Position numbers and translations under genes: made by a program. Source: a virus (Duplodnaviria > Caudoviricetes). From it: a stretch of 64,000 nucleotides of DNA. The stretch is from positions 212 to 64,211 of IMG/VR virus record IMGVR_UViG_3300031354_000002, one strand, 5' to 3'. Positions 56,101-64,000 of the stretch are shown piece after piece. Positions within the stretch are counted from its first letter, which is position 1. Each line of letters begins with the position of its first letter. Below the pieces are notes generated by a model, which saw nothing but the letters and a program-made list of their open reading frames with translations, was not told the origin of the DNA and made no database searches.

Positions 56101-59100
56101 TCGCCTTTGACCAGCGATCCACCTGCTGTATTCCGGTCGTCCACGCCAGTCTGTCATATCCCCTCTCAGCGGCCCAACGCAACATTCTCTTGAGAGTTAG
56201 CTCGTGCCAAGTGTCAAGGAAAGGAGCACTTGGCAGCGCAGATTTAGCCCCCTCAACGCCTCCAGCATGCGCCAACAATTCGTTATACTCTTCCTCTAAG
56301 GGTTTCTTCTTGGCCTCGTACTCTTCCAACAACCGGGCGTCTTCACTGCTAACCATTCCAGTCTCCTTTGCTGTTTGCAGCCAGTCGCTCTGTACTTCCT
56401 CAAGAAATAGCACACTGTTTCCTTCCGTATCCGCTCTGGAATTGAAACGGGTGTGCGCTAAGACGTTTGGCTCTTCCCAGTGATCAGACTGAAAATTTGG
56501 CCCGGCAGGAACTTGCTCATACGTACCAATCATAGTGTATGGGGCATTGGTTGCGGGGAGTGTCAGCAGCAATTCTCCATAATCCTCACCTCCGGGAAGA
56601 ACATATTCCTTATACTGCGTATCGCCGGGCATTAATTCTTCAGGGAGCACTTCCTCATCTATAGCTGGCAATCCATCATTCCTTATCCCTTTTATCGCAG
56701 CAGTAACTTCTGGGACAACATCTGGGTCCAGACCAGCGATAACGTCCTCAGGGATTTGAGATATGGCACTCATCAATTCCTGTCGAACCTGCTCAGCGGA
56801 AGAATAATTTCCCCAACCATCCACAATATTTCTTATAGTGGTCATTTCTATATCAGATAGAAATTCTTCGTGCAACACTCCTTCCTCCATTAGGATTCCC
56901 AGCCTGTAGTCAGAGTTATATATAAGAGAGGTTACTTCATTTGCTATCTCCATTGCAACTTCTTCGTCCCCTCCTTCTCCCTCCTTAAATACTTCGCTAA
57001 CTTGGACTTTATTGGAATTAACCCATTCTGCGAAAGCCTGCCGGTCGATCTTGCCCTGCTTGGTCTGATTATCAGACAGCCATTGCTCAACTCCCATCCA
57101 TTTCATCTCGGCGGGTTTCACCCCTTGCTTTAACAACCAATTTGGCACGGACTGAGCTTTGGTAGGCATAGATGGATCGGCGGCTACTTTCGCTAGTTGG
57201 CTAAATCCCCACTGCACCGGAGTCTGTTCCCCGGCAAATGAGGTAGTTGGATTTCTAGTTACCCCAATCGGTCGCGTCCTCCATACCCCGCTGCGGAGAC
57301 TCTCCCATACAACCTTGACATCGGCGCTGGATGTGAATCCCTTCCCTCTGGCCCAGTTCCATACTCGCTCCAACAATGCCTTCAATTTGTTGAATATCCT
57401 TGTAAGCCAGTCCGGTCGTTCTTTCTTCCTGCCCTCAAGGAAGTCAAAATAGTCGTCTGCCTCGGCTTCTTCATTGTCACCATAGAATTTGGAAACGCGC
57501 TCACTCTCTGCGCGGGGCAGCATCCACGCTTTCATCAAATGGTATGTCTCGTGGACGGTAGTCTTTTTCAAGCGCCCAGTTCCCTGATCCAGTGACAACT
57601 GCATTATGGCGAAGAGGCCCGTCGGATCGAATGTCGTGGCCCCAAGCACTCTCTCCATCTGCTTGCCAAGCTGCGACCACTGCTGAATGCTCTCGTCCAC
57701 GCCCTCTTCCGGAACTTCCACTATGGATTTAAGCTCGACATCAACCCGGTCCATCAATTCCTGATCGGCTCCAGCCTCCTTCATCCATTTGGGTATCTCA
57801 GACACCAGCCTAAGTATCCTGCCCTGCTGCTTGGGGGGTATCGAGTTCAGGGCGCGGTTGTTCACATCCCCGACATAACCCCCTTTGGATAGCTTCGACA
57901 GTAGCTCCTGCATTTTCCTCAAGTTGGTAGATGATCCACCGATAATGCCACTCTCTACCACACTGCTATACGGGATATTGAATTCCTCGGCGATCATGAA
58001 GTGCATTGGCTGGGCGCTTTCATAGCGTACCCCCTCATCGGTAAGTATCCATATATTTCCCTTCTTTCCCTCCGTAGTGGTATCTGACACTACAGTGCGG
58101 TAATTCGTCGGGGATATTCCCCCTCCCTTAGACAATTTTGTGCGCCCGACATATCCATCGCGGAGCTTAAGTATGTCGTACTGGTCTTCCTTCCCGGCTT
58201 TCTTCAGGGCATTTTCCAGATTTCCTCTGCGCTTGTACGGCTTTCCTGACTGCGTGACGAAATCCTCTTCGGGCTTGGCAGGCGGAGGAGTCTCAGGTAC
58301 TGGTATTCCCAGTTGCTCCAGTCTGGCCTTGGTGACAGTAGACCCATGATGCTCACCGCCCTCGATATTGTACAGAGGAGACTGCCCCTCGCCGATCGAG
58401 GTAAGATCATGGTACCCGAGAAATTTAGCAGTGGGCGCATCGGACGGAGCTTTCGTCGCTATTGGTATTCCTCCCGGTCTGCGTATCGCCGCTGGTATAT
58501 ATGGGGTGTCCTCGATAGTGGACCTCCTTTGCGGGATAGTTGGGGGTGGAGGCCTATTTGGGTTGCGCGGTACAATTCCTGCTGTCCTTCTGGGGCGAGG
58601 AGCAATAGTTCCAGTCTTGTACGGAGACTCCTCAACCGAAGTCTGACGCTGAGGCAGCGAAGGTGGCGGCTTGCGTATAGTAGGTCTGGTCGTAGGCGGT
58701 ATTCCGCCCCCGGTTTTCTCTGGGTATTTGACAGTTCCTGTCTCGTACGGGGACTCCTCAATTGTGGATCTGCCCGATGGAATATCTGGTGGGGCCTTTC
58801 TTGCGATCGGGAATATCCCTCTGCCAGCCTTCTTCGGATACTCTATTGCCCCGGTATCGTACGGGGACTCCTCCACAGTGGACCGCCCTCTCCGAATATT
58901 TATAATTCTCTCAGCATTCTCCGCTTCCTCTACTGCTCCCTCGAATCCGGGAACCTCCGGCTCTATATCATTTGATCGGCCAGCTCGGGTAGGAACTTCT
59001 CTGGGGTCTCTCAGTAGTCCAGCCACGGGCCTTCCAGTTGTGGTCTCTCCCGCCCTGTGAGTGACGGTATATTCTCTTCCGGCCTTCAAGCCGAGCTTGC

Positions 59101-60184
59101 TCTTTACCTTTTTCCACCATGGCTTGTCGGCTACCCTGACTATCTTCTCGGCTGGTATATCAATGCGGATACCCTCGCGAGCCGCCCTAGCCCACTCTCC
59201 TTTCTTTCCGGAAAGCGCTTTGAGAGCATCCAGCTCCTCTGGGGTAAGCAGTGAGGGGTCCAAGGACAGGGCATCCTTAACCTGCTTTGGACTTATGCTG
59301 ATTGTTTTCGGTAGATTGTATTCAGTTATAGTCTCCCTTAGAAATTTCTCCCTTATGTTTTCCGGGATATTTTTTCCTTTGGATATCAGCCCGCCCTTTA
59401 CCAGCATGTCTGCCCCGTCAAGGATAGCTTTAACTCCTTCGCTGGTATCTTCTGGCAGCCACTGCGATGGAGTTGAGTATTTCCCGAACTTGTATTTATC
59501 TCCCTTTATCCCTGTAGCTACTGCATTCTCTACTTCTCCAAGTGCGGTATACGTGGCTAATCCTAGGGTAGCCCCGACTGGATTCGCCATGAAAAAAGCT
59601 ACTACTGGCCCGGCCAAAAGCTGTGATGTATTCGGGTTGTCCTTAAAGCCAACTTCTTTAGATATCTGCTCCTGATTGGTGTACGCCTCGGACGGTCTTA
59701 CTCCGAACTCCTTGGCTATCGCCATAGCATTCTGTGCTTTAGCCGTAAGTTTGTCTTTCCCTTCCCGGAATAACATGTCCTTTACTTTATCCGCGAAGGT
59801 GCGCTCCGGGGCTACATTGAAAGATGGCTGCTCCTTTGAGGGGGGTACTGCACTCTGTGCTGGGGCCGCAGCTTGTACAGGTTCAGGAGCCTTATCCACC
59901 GGGGTTAGCTTAAACTTCCCGGAGGACTTGGCTGAGTAGTACCTGTTCCCTTTCTTGGAGATAGTATTTCCCAGTTCCGATTCAGCGTCAACAGTCTCTT
60001 TATACGTAGGGTGGCCTGTTCCTTTTAGGACCATTCCCGTCCTCGGGTCTAGGCTGGGCCAGTGCCCGGATCCGTCTTGGCCGAGGCCAGCCTCTCTGGC
60101 AGTAATATAGTCGTACCCGTCACCTTCAGGGTCGAACGCCGGTTCGGGCGCGCTATCTACTGGTATAGCTTTAAAAGGAGACAT
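53105..60184 (-). CDS. Giant (2359 aa) internal virion/DNA-ejection polyvalent protein
   Basis: Last of three consecutive internal-protein-like genes; Pro-rich repeats, HETYH zincin-like motif, LFLEEVQSDW...GMKTFYD domain, helical C-terminal region. Confidence 0.75.
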   Translation of the reverse strand: MSPFKAIPVDSAPEPAFDPEGDGYDYITAREAGLGQDGSGHWPSLDPRTGMVLKGTGHPTYKETVDAESELGNTISKKGNRYYSAKSSGKFKLTPVDKAPEPVQAAAPAQSAVPPSKEQPSFNVAPERTFADKVKDMLFREGKDKLTAKAQNAMAIAKEFGVRPSEAYTNQEQISKEVGFKDNPNTSQLLAGPVVAFFMANPVGATLGLATYTALGEVENAVATGIKGDKYKFGKYSTPSQWLPEDTSEGVKAILDGADMLVKGGLISKGKNIPENIREKFLRETITEYNLPKTISISPKQVKDALSLDPSLLTPEELDALKALSGKKGEWARAAREGIRIDIPAEKIVRVADKPWWKKVKSKLGLKAGREYTVTHRAGETTTGRPVAGLLRDPREVPTRAGRSNDIEPEVPGFEGAVEEAENAERIINIRRGRSTVEESPYDTGAIEYPKKAGRGIFPIARKAPPDIPSGRSTIEESPYETGTVKYPEKTGGGIPPTTRPTIRKPPPSLPQRQTSVEESPYKTGTIAPRPRRTAGIVPRNPNRPPPPTIPQRRSTIEDTPYIPAAIRRPGGIPIATKAPSDAPTAKFLGYHDLTSIGEGQSPLYNIEGGEHHGSTVTKARLEQLGIPVPETPPPAKPEEDFVTQSGKPYKRRGNLENALKKAGKEDQYDILKLRDGYVGRTKLSKGGGISPTNYRTVVSDTTTEGKKGNIWILTDEGVRYESAQPMHFMIAEEFNIPYSSVVESGIIGGSSTNLRKMQELLSKLSKGGYVGDVNNRALNSIPPKQQGRILRLVSEIPKWMKEAGADQELMDRVDVELKSIVEVPEEGVDESIQQWSQLGKQMERVLGATTFDPTGLFAIMQLSLDQGTGRLKKTTVHETYHLMKAWMLPRAESERVSKFYGDNEEAEADDYFDFLEGRKKERPDWLTRIFNKLKALLERVWNWARGKGFTSSADVKVVWESLRSGVWRTRPIGVTRNPTTSFAGEQTPVQWGFSQLAKVAADPSMPTKAQSVPNWLLKQGVKPAEMKWMGVEQWLSDNQTKQGKIDRQAFAEWVNSNKVQVSEVFKEGEGGDEEVAMEIANEVTSLIYNSDYRLGILMEEGVLHEEFLSDIEMTTIRNIVDGWGNYSSAEQVRQELMSAISQIPEDVIAGLDPDVVPEVTAAIKGIRNDGLPAIDEEVLPEELMPGDTQYKEYVLPGGEDYGELLLTLPATNAPYTMIGTYEQVPAGPNFQSDHWEEPNVLAHTRFNSRADTEGNSVLFLEEVQSDWLQTAKETGMVSSEDARLLEEYEAKKKPLEEEYNELLAHAGGVEGAKSALPSAPFLDTWHELTLKRMLRWAAERGYDRLAWTTGIQQVDRWSKATRRVVDSISWQNVSNDNLSVERLSDNHYAVFNNRTGQFVEGTDGSYRAPVQDIADKLMNDSAGNGYATITGHKDGKVVFSEVIPLQGSTKIHNQEVTLQDLVGKQLADRIRSGESRGSVEGEGLTIGGEGMKTFYDQRLPGFAEKYGKQWGAKTGKLEIWEGRVDQKQVTPDNIDRIAVNKAKVHYIEITDAMRESVLHKGQTLFSIDSAAKTGRAEKVKARVEAYKKQFYTPIEGSPLDKSAIAYLKEKDPANIKVYFDNMPTIGELLPSEVYRFDEKAKQYIATITTEAGNIKPAIRQSGYFVLDKFKDTISAYTDISKRVEMWTDPTRMMQAIDQGHFGGPVQSHVLWPARSTMMAKLKWVDYQKSQVADILDKHKIRTRKKDEAVTAVLEHVSQSKAFGKKVDDILSMKGVKEALVKIKPKDHRDIVEAAIEARVLYTRMRANVNTARRLRKQKEIPRRAFYSPDILAQNAWAKLYGSMHNIHLVMERPEMPDFIQPNQPFNPRALPKEGGIPDYMKERRLSVLMADYADTSGRDIFDTNIIHNNKIYSAVMKSVGLDHSADAINTWTSEVFAGTSPAITKVAKRVLPEKVHGGLLSLRRNLSRAVFPLNFTWNMFIQTSSAGITFARYGTIANIKGLSYLTSPTMNQAVQQIAYSQIVKSRWGGKLHYQDVQDSITKNKRLQASKLDSVTEYANFLTSAIENLLTGHAVASAYYYGKNHLGLTGRALWEYASEGGAKTQSMYNYADLPGLLRAREVGAVTPFQTFAFDVFNTVREINVPILRSTIGRVGIYHTISSKEAPPEGEKVDPDSDAGRATIRRRLMILGRWVAAIMVTNAVVDKSIGRKPWTVSSFVPFFGYIMGQIPYVGEYVGGPQSGRGTTPFEYFSDLATGIQRFMKYEDFTKLRQWLLRYHTTAGVQWDRTIQGIEAVARGEVTDVRGHQLFRVRGTSEQVRAVLGGPFRTEAGIEYLREKDKKKGLSKKRARQTISRGRKR
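58499..58890 (-). repeat. Four ~38-42-aa Pro-rich tandem repeats (RST(V/I)EESPY.TG) in the giant protein
   Basis: Nucleotide anchors gtacgg(g/a)gactcctc at 58859, 58745 and 58619, and a degenerate copy at 58499. Confidence 0.85.
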
Positions 60185-61434
60185 TATTCTTCCTCTATTC
60201 GATAGGTTTGACCATTATCATCCGTGTAATACCACTTCCCGTCCGTGGCTTGGTACGCCGTCGGAAACTGCTCTAAAATTTGGGCAGAAGACCCGGTTGG
60301 AGAAGCCTCGGCGCTTCCACCAACATCTTCCCTGATACTGTCAGTTCGCGTTCCGCCCTCCGCTAGGGCCTGCTCAAGTTCTGGCGAACCTTCTTCGAGG
60401 TACTGATATTCTCCCTTTTCGTCCTTGGCCAACCAGTCAATCCCGAATCGGGACCTTTTGATGGGGGCCTTGACCTGAACCTCGACGATATTTGGCATCC
60501 CCCTTGTGACGCGTCTATCGTTCATAGCCTGCAGATCAACCGGGTCTAACTTCTGGTTCGGTTCATAATTTCCAAGTATCTTGTCCTCGAAGTCCATCTG
60601 CTGAATTATCTGTGGGGTAGAGGTATCAGACCAAGGGCGTCCAGTGTCGACATAAGTTCCAGTCGCTCTATCCCATACGTGGACTGTCTTCTGATTTTTC
60701 CCCAGAGGAACTATACCAATCATCTGAGGCGCAGTTTCTCTGGCCTTTCGGTCTGCCTCGATCTGCTTCTCAACCTTTGACATTATGTCGGAGTACTCCT
60801 TCGCCTTTCTGTCGAAGCTGTCTAATCCCTCTCTCATTATCGCTATTCCGTTTTCCTTAAGCTGTTCTGCTCTGTTGAATACGTGGGAGCGAAATTTCAG
60901 GTGCTCCTCTTCCCAAGCCTTTTTTTGCTGGGCATTTAGGCGCTCCCTGTCCTGCCACATTACTTTGCCGCCGAAGAATTGATTAAATATCTTTGGCAGC
61001 ATTCTGGCCTCCGCTTTCTGTACTTCCTTGTACGGGTCCAGTCTCACTGGGTCGAATCCTATTTGTTGCTTTATAGCCACAGCAAACCTGTCCCTCCCCG
61101 AAGCAGAATAGTCTGGCGCTTTGGAAGTATCCACCGGGGGCTTAAGCCCAGCACGCACGGGTTGGGATGCTGCTGGAGCTTGCGTCGGTCGGGGTTTCTC
61201 TGGGTTTCTTGGCACGTCCTTACTACTATAGCCGTAGCTATCCATTATAGCGTCGGCATTTTCAGGGTCTACTCTCGCAAACTCGTCAAGAGTCTCCGGT
61301 GATACTCTACTGTGCAACATACTTGGGTCCCAGTCAATTCCGGGGCCATCAGTATTTTTGGCAATTTCCCACGGAACTCCCGGAGCTGCCTCAGTCCCCA
61401 TCCGTTCTGGATTATCCGTTATAGCTCTAGTCAT
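60184..61434 (-). CDS. Internal virion (ejection) protein
   Basis: 416 aa, helical, ends with the YYTDDNGQTY motif common to ejection proteins. Confidence 0.55.
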   Translation of the reverse strand: MTRAITDNPERMGTEAAPGVPWEIAKNTDGPGIDWDPSMLHSRVSPETLDEFARVDPENADAIMDSYGYSSKDVPRNPEKPRPTQAPAASQPVRAGLKPPVDTSKAPDYSASGRDRFAVAIKQQIGFDPVRLDPYKEVQKAEARMLPKIFNQFFGGKVMWQDRERLNAQQKKAWEEEHLKFRSHVFNRAEQLKENGIAIMREGLDSFDRKAKEYSDIMSKVEKQIEADRKARETAPQMIGIVPLGKNQKTVHVWDRATGTYVDTGRPWSDTSTPQIIQQMDFEDKILGNYEPNQKLDPVDLQAMNDRRVTRGMPNIVEVQVKAPIKRSRFGIDWLAKDEKGEYQYLEEGSPELEQALAEGGTRTDSIREDVGGSAEASPTGSSAQILEQFPTAYQATDGKWYYTDDNGQTYRIEEE

Positions 61435-61436
61435 AT

Positions 61437-62252
61437 TTAACCTCCTATCTTAGACAGGGATCTCTCGCCGGACACATAGCCTTCCCCGAGAGAATTAAGT
61501 TTGTCTGCTGCATCATCCCCGCCATATGTATACTGGCTGGATGATATAGTAGTCCCGGACGCGGCCCATGCATTCCACGCATTGCTGATTATGCTGGCCC
61601 TGTTGCTGAGGTACGCCTGATAGTTCAACACCGCAGCCTGAGTTTCGCGCCCTGTATCTGTCTGCTCGATCTGCTCGGCATACCTTCTGGCCCCGCCCAG
61701 AGTCCTCTCGATATTGATACCGTGCGCTTCCAGTGCTCTAGCCCGCGCTAGCTTGGACGCCGGGTCGTTTCGCAGCCCCATCATAGTCTCGCGCAGCGAA
61801 CGACGGGCCTCTCGAAGCCCGAGGGCAGACTGCTTGGCAACCTCCGCAGCCCGTTCTTCGCCGGTCCACCCTTCCGGCATTTCAAACGGTACCAGTTCTG
61901 GCTGCTCCGGTGTAGGGCCTCGCTGAACCTTGCTGGTGGATATAGAGCCGGTGGGACTAAGAGTAGAGCCTCCTCCGCCTCCTCCACCTCCCCCGCCCCC
62001 AGTGAAATATATATCTCCCCTGTTTTGGGTGGTCTGGTTTATTCGCTGGCCCTTGCTGTCGGTCTTGTCGCCTGAGTAATATCCTGTTGAATACCCACTA
62101 ACAAGCTCTGTTTCGTATGAGGGTTGCGAAGACGGGGCAGGTCCTGCGCTGTCCACGTATCCTGTTCCGCCCCGGCTCAAGTACTCATTGTACCCGTAAC
62201 TGTTCGGGTCTGTGGGGTCCGGAAGTTTATTTGTTTCTTCTGCTAGTGGCAT
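61437..62252 (-). CDS. Internal virion (pilot-like) protein
   Basis: Gly/Ser-rich N-terminus, Ala-rich helical C-terminus. Confidence 0.55.
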   Translation of the reverse strand: MPLAEETNKLPDPTDPNSYGYNEYLSRGGTGYVDSAGPAPSSQPSYETELVSGYSTGYYSGDKTDSKGQRINQTTQNRGDIYFTGGGGGGGGGGGSTLSPTGSISTSKVQRGPTPEQPELVPFEMPEGWTGEERAAEVAKQSALGLREARRSLRETMMGLRNDPASKLARARALEAHGINIERTLGGARRYAEQIEQTDTGRETQAAVLNYQAYLSNRASIISNAWNAWAASGTTISSSQYTYGGDDAADKLNSLGEGYVSGERSLSKIGG

Positions 62253-62604
62253 TGTTTCTCTCCTTTAAGGCAATTTCCATTTCTCGTTTATACGTCCTTC
62301 GCTTAAATATCGAATGTCCGCAAAAGCTACACCACCATTGCGATTTCAACCTTTTGTCGGGGACTTGATCTCCGCCCGACGTGTTCACCTTGTACAAGCG
62401 CATCCGGTTGGAGCATTCGGGGCATTTAACAAACGCTACTTCTTTGGCGGCCCCGATACTCATTTCATTCTTTATGCGCTTCAAGTATTTCCTTACATCC
62501 TCATCTGTCTTGTTGTGCCGCGCAAGATGATGCCTAATGTTGAGATATGTTTGGATATCTGCTAGTCTAAATGCTTCAAGTATATGTCCCATTAGCATAC
62601 CCAC
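62227..62604 (-). CDS. Zn-ribbon protein
   Basis: KCPECSNRM...WWCSFCGH. Confidence 0.6.
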   Translation of the reverse strand: MGMLMGHILEAFRLADIQTYLNIRHHLARHNKTDEDVRKYLKRIKNEMSIGAAKEVAFVKCPECSNRMRLYKVNTSGGDQVPDKRLKSQWWCSFCGHSIFKRRTYKREMEIALKERNNATSRRNK

Positions 62605-63957
62605 TCATATACAGACCATGATCTTGCCAATCGTTTATTTGAATTACCGACAGTACAAGGATTATCTTGGAACATAAAATAGCAAATAGAGGTTCCAGCC
62701 CATCTACACCAATCAAGAACAAGTCCTGCTGCTACAATGTCTCCCTGTTCTCCCAGCCAAGTAGCATATTCCTCCCAAGTTCTATCGGGATTATTGCTAT
62801 GGTTCACCATCTCTTGGGGAAGATATCCAGGACCAGTTAATGAAGGAGAAAACAAAGAAGTTAGTGGAACCGGGTATTCTTGAGCACATGAATTAGCATT
62901 AACTGGTATTGTGCCACCTTCTCCCCAACCTATATAAACTCTCATGTTATCGATGTAAACATATCCCGATGCCCTTATTGGATCAGGACTATTACTTGAT
63001 CCAATGAAGAAATCCCAGTGACCTGAAGTATTTCTTATATTAGCTGTAACTACTGTATCACAAATGTCCTTTATCGAAACTAAAGCATTTGCTGCATATC
63101 CTCCTGGATCTCCGCAAACACCTGTATCGCAAGATAACGTATCAACTCTATCTAACGTCCAATGATCATTTTCCTGTAAAGGATACCATGCTTCAATGTC
63201 ATCTATGAAATCTGTAGAAGTATGATCTCCAATACAGATGTAATATGGAGCAAGTACTCCATACGAATACCAATATCCGGAGGTTACATCATCCTCAAAA
63301 TCACCTGATGTATGCTCTACTAAACACACATATACACCGGAATTAGATACCGTATCTCCTACTTCATATAATGTACTGGTAGTCCAATCCAGATAAGTTG
63401 GAGGTTCTACAACGTCTTCATAAACGTAATCTGTTTCTGTTGCCCACGAAGAATAGTTGTGGCTTGGAAAGCTATATCCTACGCTATCAGTAGAGAATAC
63501 AAACGGACCACATCCACCTGTTACATAAATATCTATAGAACTTCCAGCTACTACGGTATCAGGTGTAGAATCATTATCAAATTCCAATGCACCAAAAGGC
63601 AGATCATCACAACAACAAGCTGTATTATATATAGTTATAGTCTTTACGAAGTCGTCACCAAAAGTATTTTTAAACCAATATCCAGCGTCATAATCCTCAT
63701 AAAAATTGCCTGATGAGGTATGATCTTCCAAACATTCATAACGATCATCATATACCACCGTTTTTCCACCAGTATAATTTACTCCACTTTTCCAGGCAGG
63801 GTAGTCACTGTATCCTGAACATTTGTCTAAACCTGTAACAAGAGCTTCACAATCAAAATTTACCTCTGCAACTCCATCCAAACAAAAAAGATTAATAGAG
63901 TTATTATCCTCCGAATAAGGATCTGTAATAGTTAATTCTGTTATGGTATGATTGACA
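62592..63957 (-). CDS. C-terminal part of the junction-spanning tail fibre/RBP with CBM5/12-like (chitin-binding-type) repeats
   Basis: AWKSGVNYTGG..VVYDDRYECLEDHTS and DWTTSTLYEVGDTVSNSGVYVCLVEHTS repeats; frame is open up to the junction. Confidence 0.75.
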
Positions 63958-64000
63958 TCAAAATAATATCCTAAAGCATAGGGTATAAAGAATTTATAAG
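63958..64000. repeat. Terminal direct repeat, right copy
   Basis: Identical to bases 1-43; a reading frame continues through the junction. Confidence 0.95.

Noticed and set aside
53105-60184. Virion RNA polymerase (N4- or crAss-like) in the giant protein
   Set aside because: No DxDGD/DFDxD or T7-type polymerase motifs recognised; a remote homologue cannot be fully excluded without a structure search
61960-62000. Poly-Gly-encoding (CCT/CCG)n tract
   Set aside because: Ordinary low-complexity linker in an ejection protein
62592-63957. Diversity-generating retroelement target
   Set aside because: No reverse transcriptase and no template/variable repeat pair seen in the genome
1-64000. Alternative genetic code or stop-codon recoding; integrase/att-based lysogeny module
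   Set aside because: Genes are long and densely packed under the standard code; no tyrosine or serine recombinase motif recognised

Overview
The window is an essentially complete, circularly assembled ~63,957-bp tailed dsDNA phage genome. Bases 1-43 are repeated at 63958-64000, and one open reading frame runs across that junction. Layout: (i) a minus-strand virion/lysis operon running from ~15.7 kb down through the junction to ~45.9 kb (terS, terL, portal, epsilon15-like staple, scaffold, major capsid, short-tail proteins, a 2359-aa ejection protein, two sulfotransferase-like genes, NlpC/P60 lysin, holin; podovirus-like, no tape measure seen); (ii) a plus-strand module of small, probably early genes at 16-22.6 kb; (iii) a minus-strand replication/nucleotide module at 22.6-41.7 kb (intein-split DinG-like helicase, AAA ATPase, PD-(D/E)xK exonuclease, ERCC4, ThyX, HD, J-domain, UDG-PolA fusion, intein-split PurZ, dNTP diphosphohydrolase, DHH); (iv) an AT-rich array of small genes at 41.9-44.5 kb. 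No integrase, primase, RT, CRISPR array or RNA polymerase was recognised. The most striking observations are mostly non-coding. (1) Three near-perfect sigma54 promoters, each with two TGTGGY-N6-ACCACA enhancer-like palindromes and a conserved GC hairpin at nearly identical spacing, with no enhancer-binding activator in the phage, so early transcription appears to depend on a host sigma54 activator. (2) A putative 2-aminoadenine (Z) DNA pathway with an intein inside PurZ and an unusual PolA. (3) An integron-type attC gene-cassette array without an integrase, including a 38-nt attC variant present three times. (4) A tRNA-Leu-shaped RNA whose anticodon loop is replaced by an 82-nt insert. (5) A 143-nt rod-like structured RNA. 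All family assignments come from motif recognition by eye; no database searches were run. A Desulfobacterota-like anaerobic host is only an inference.
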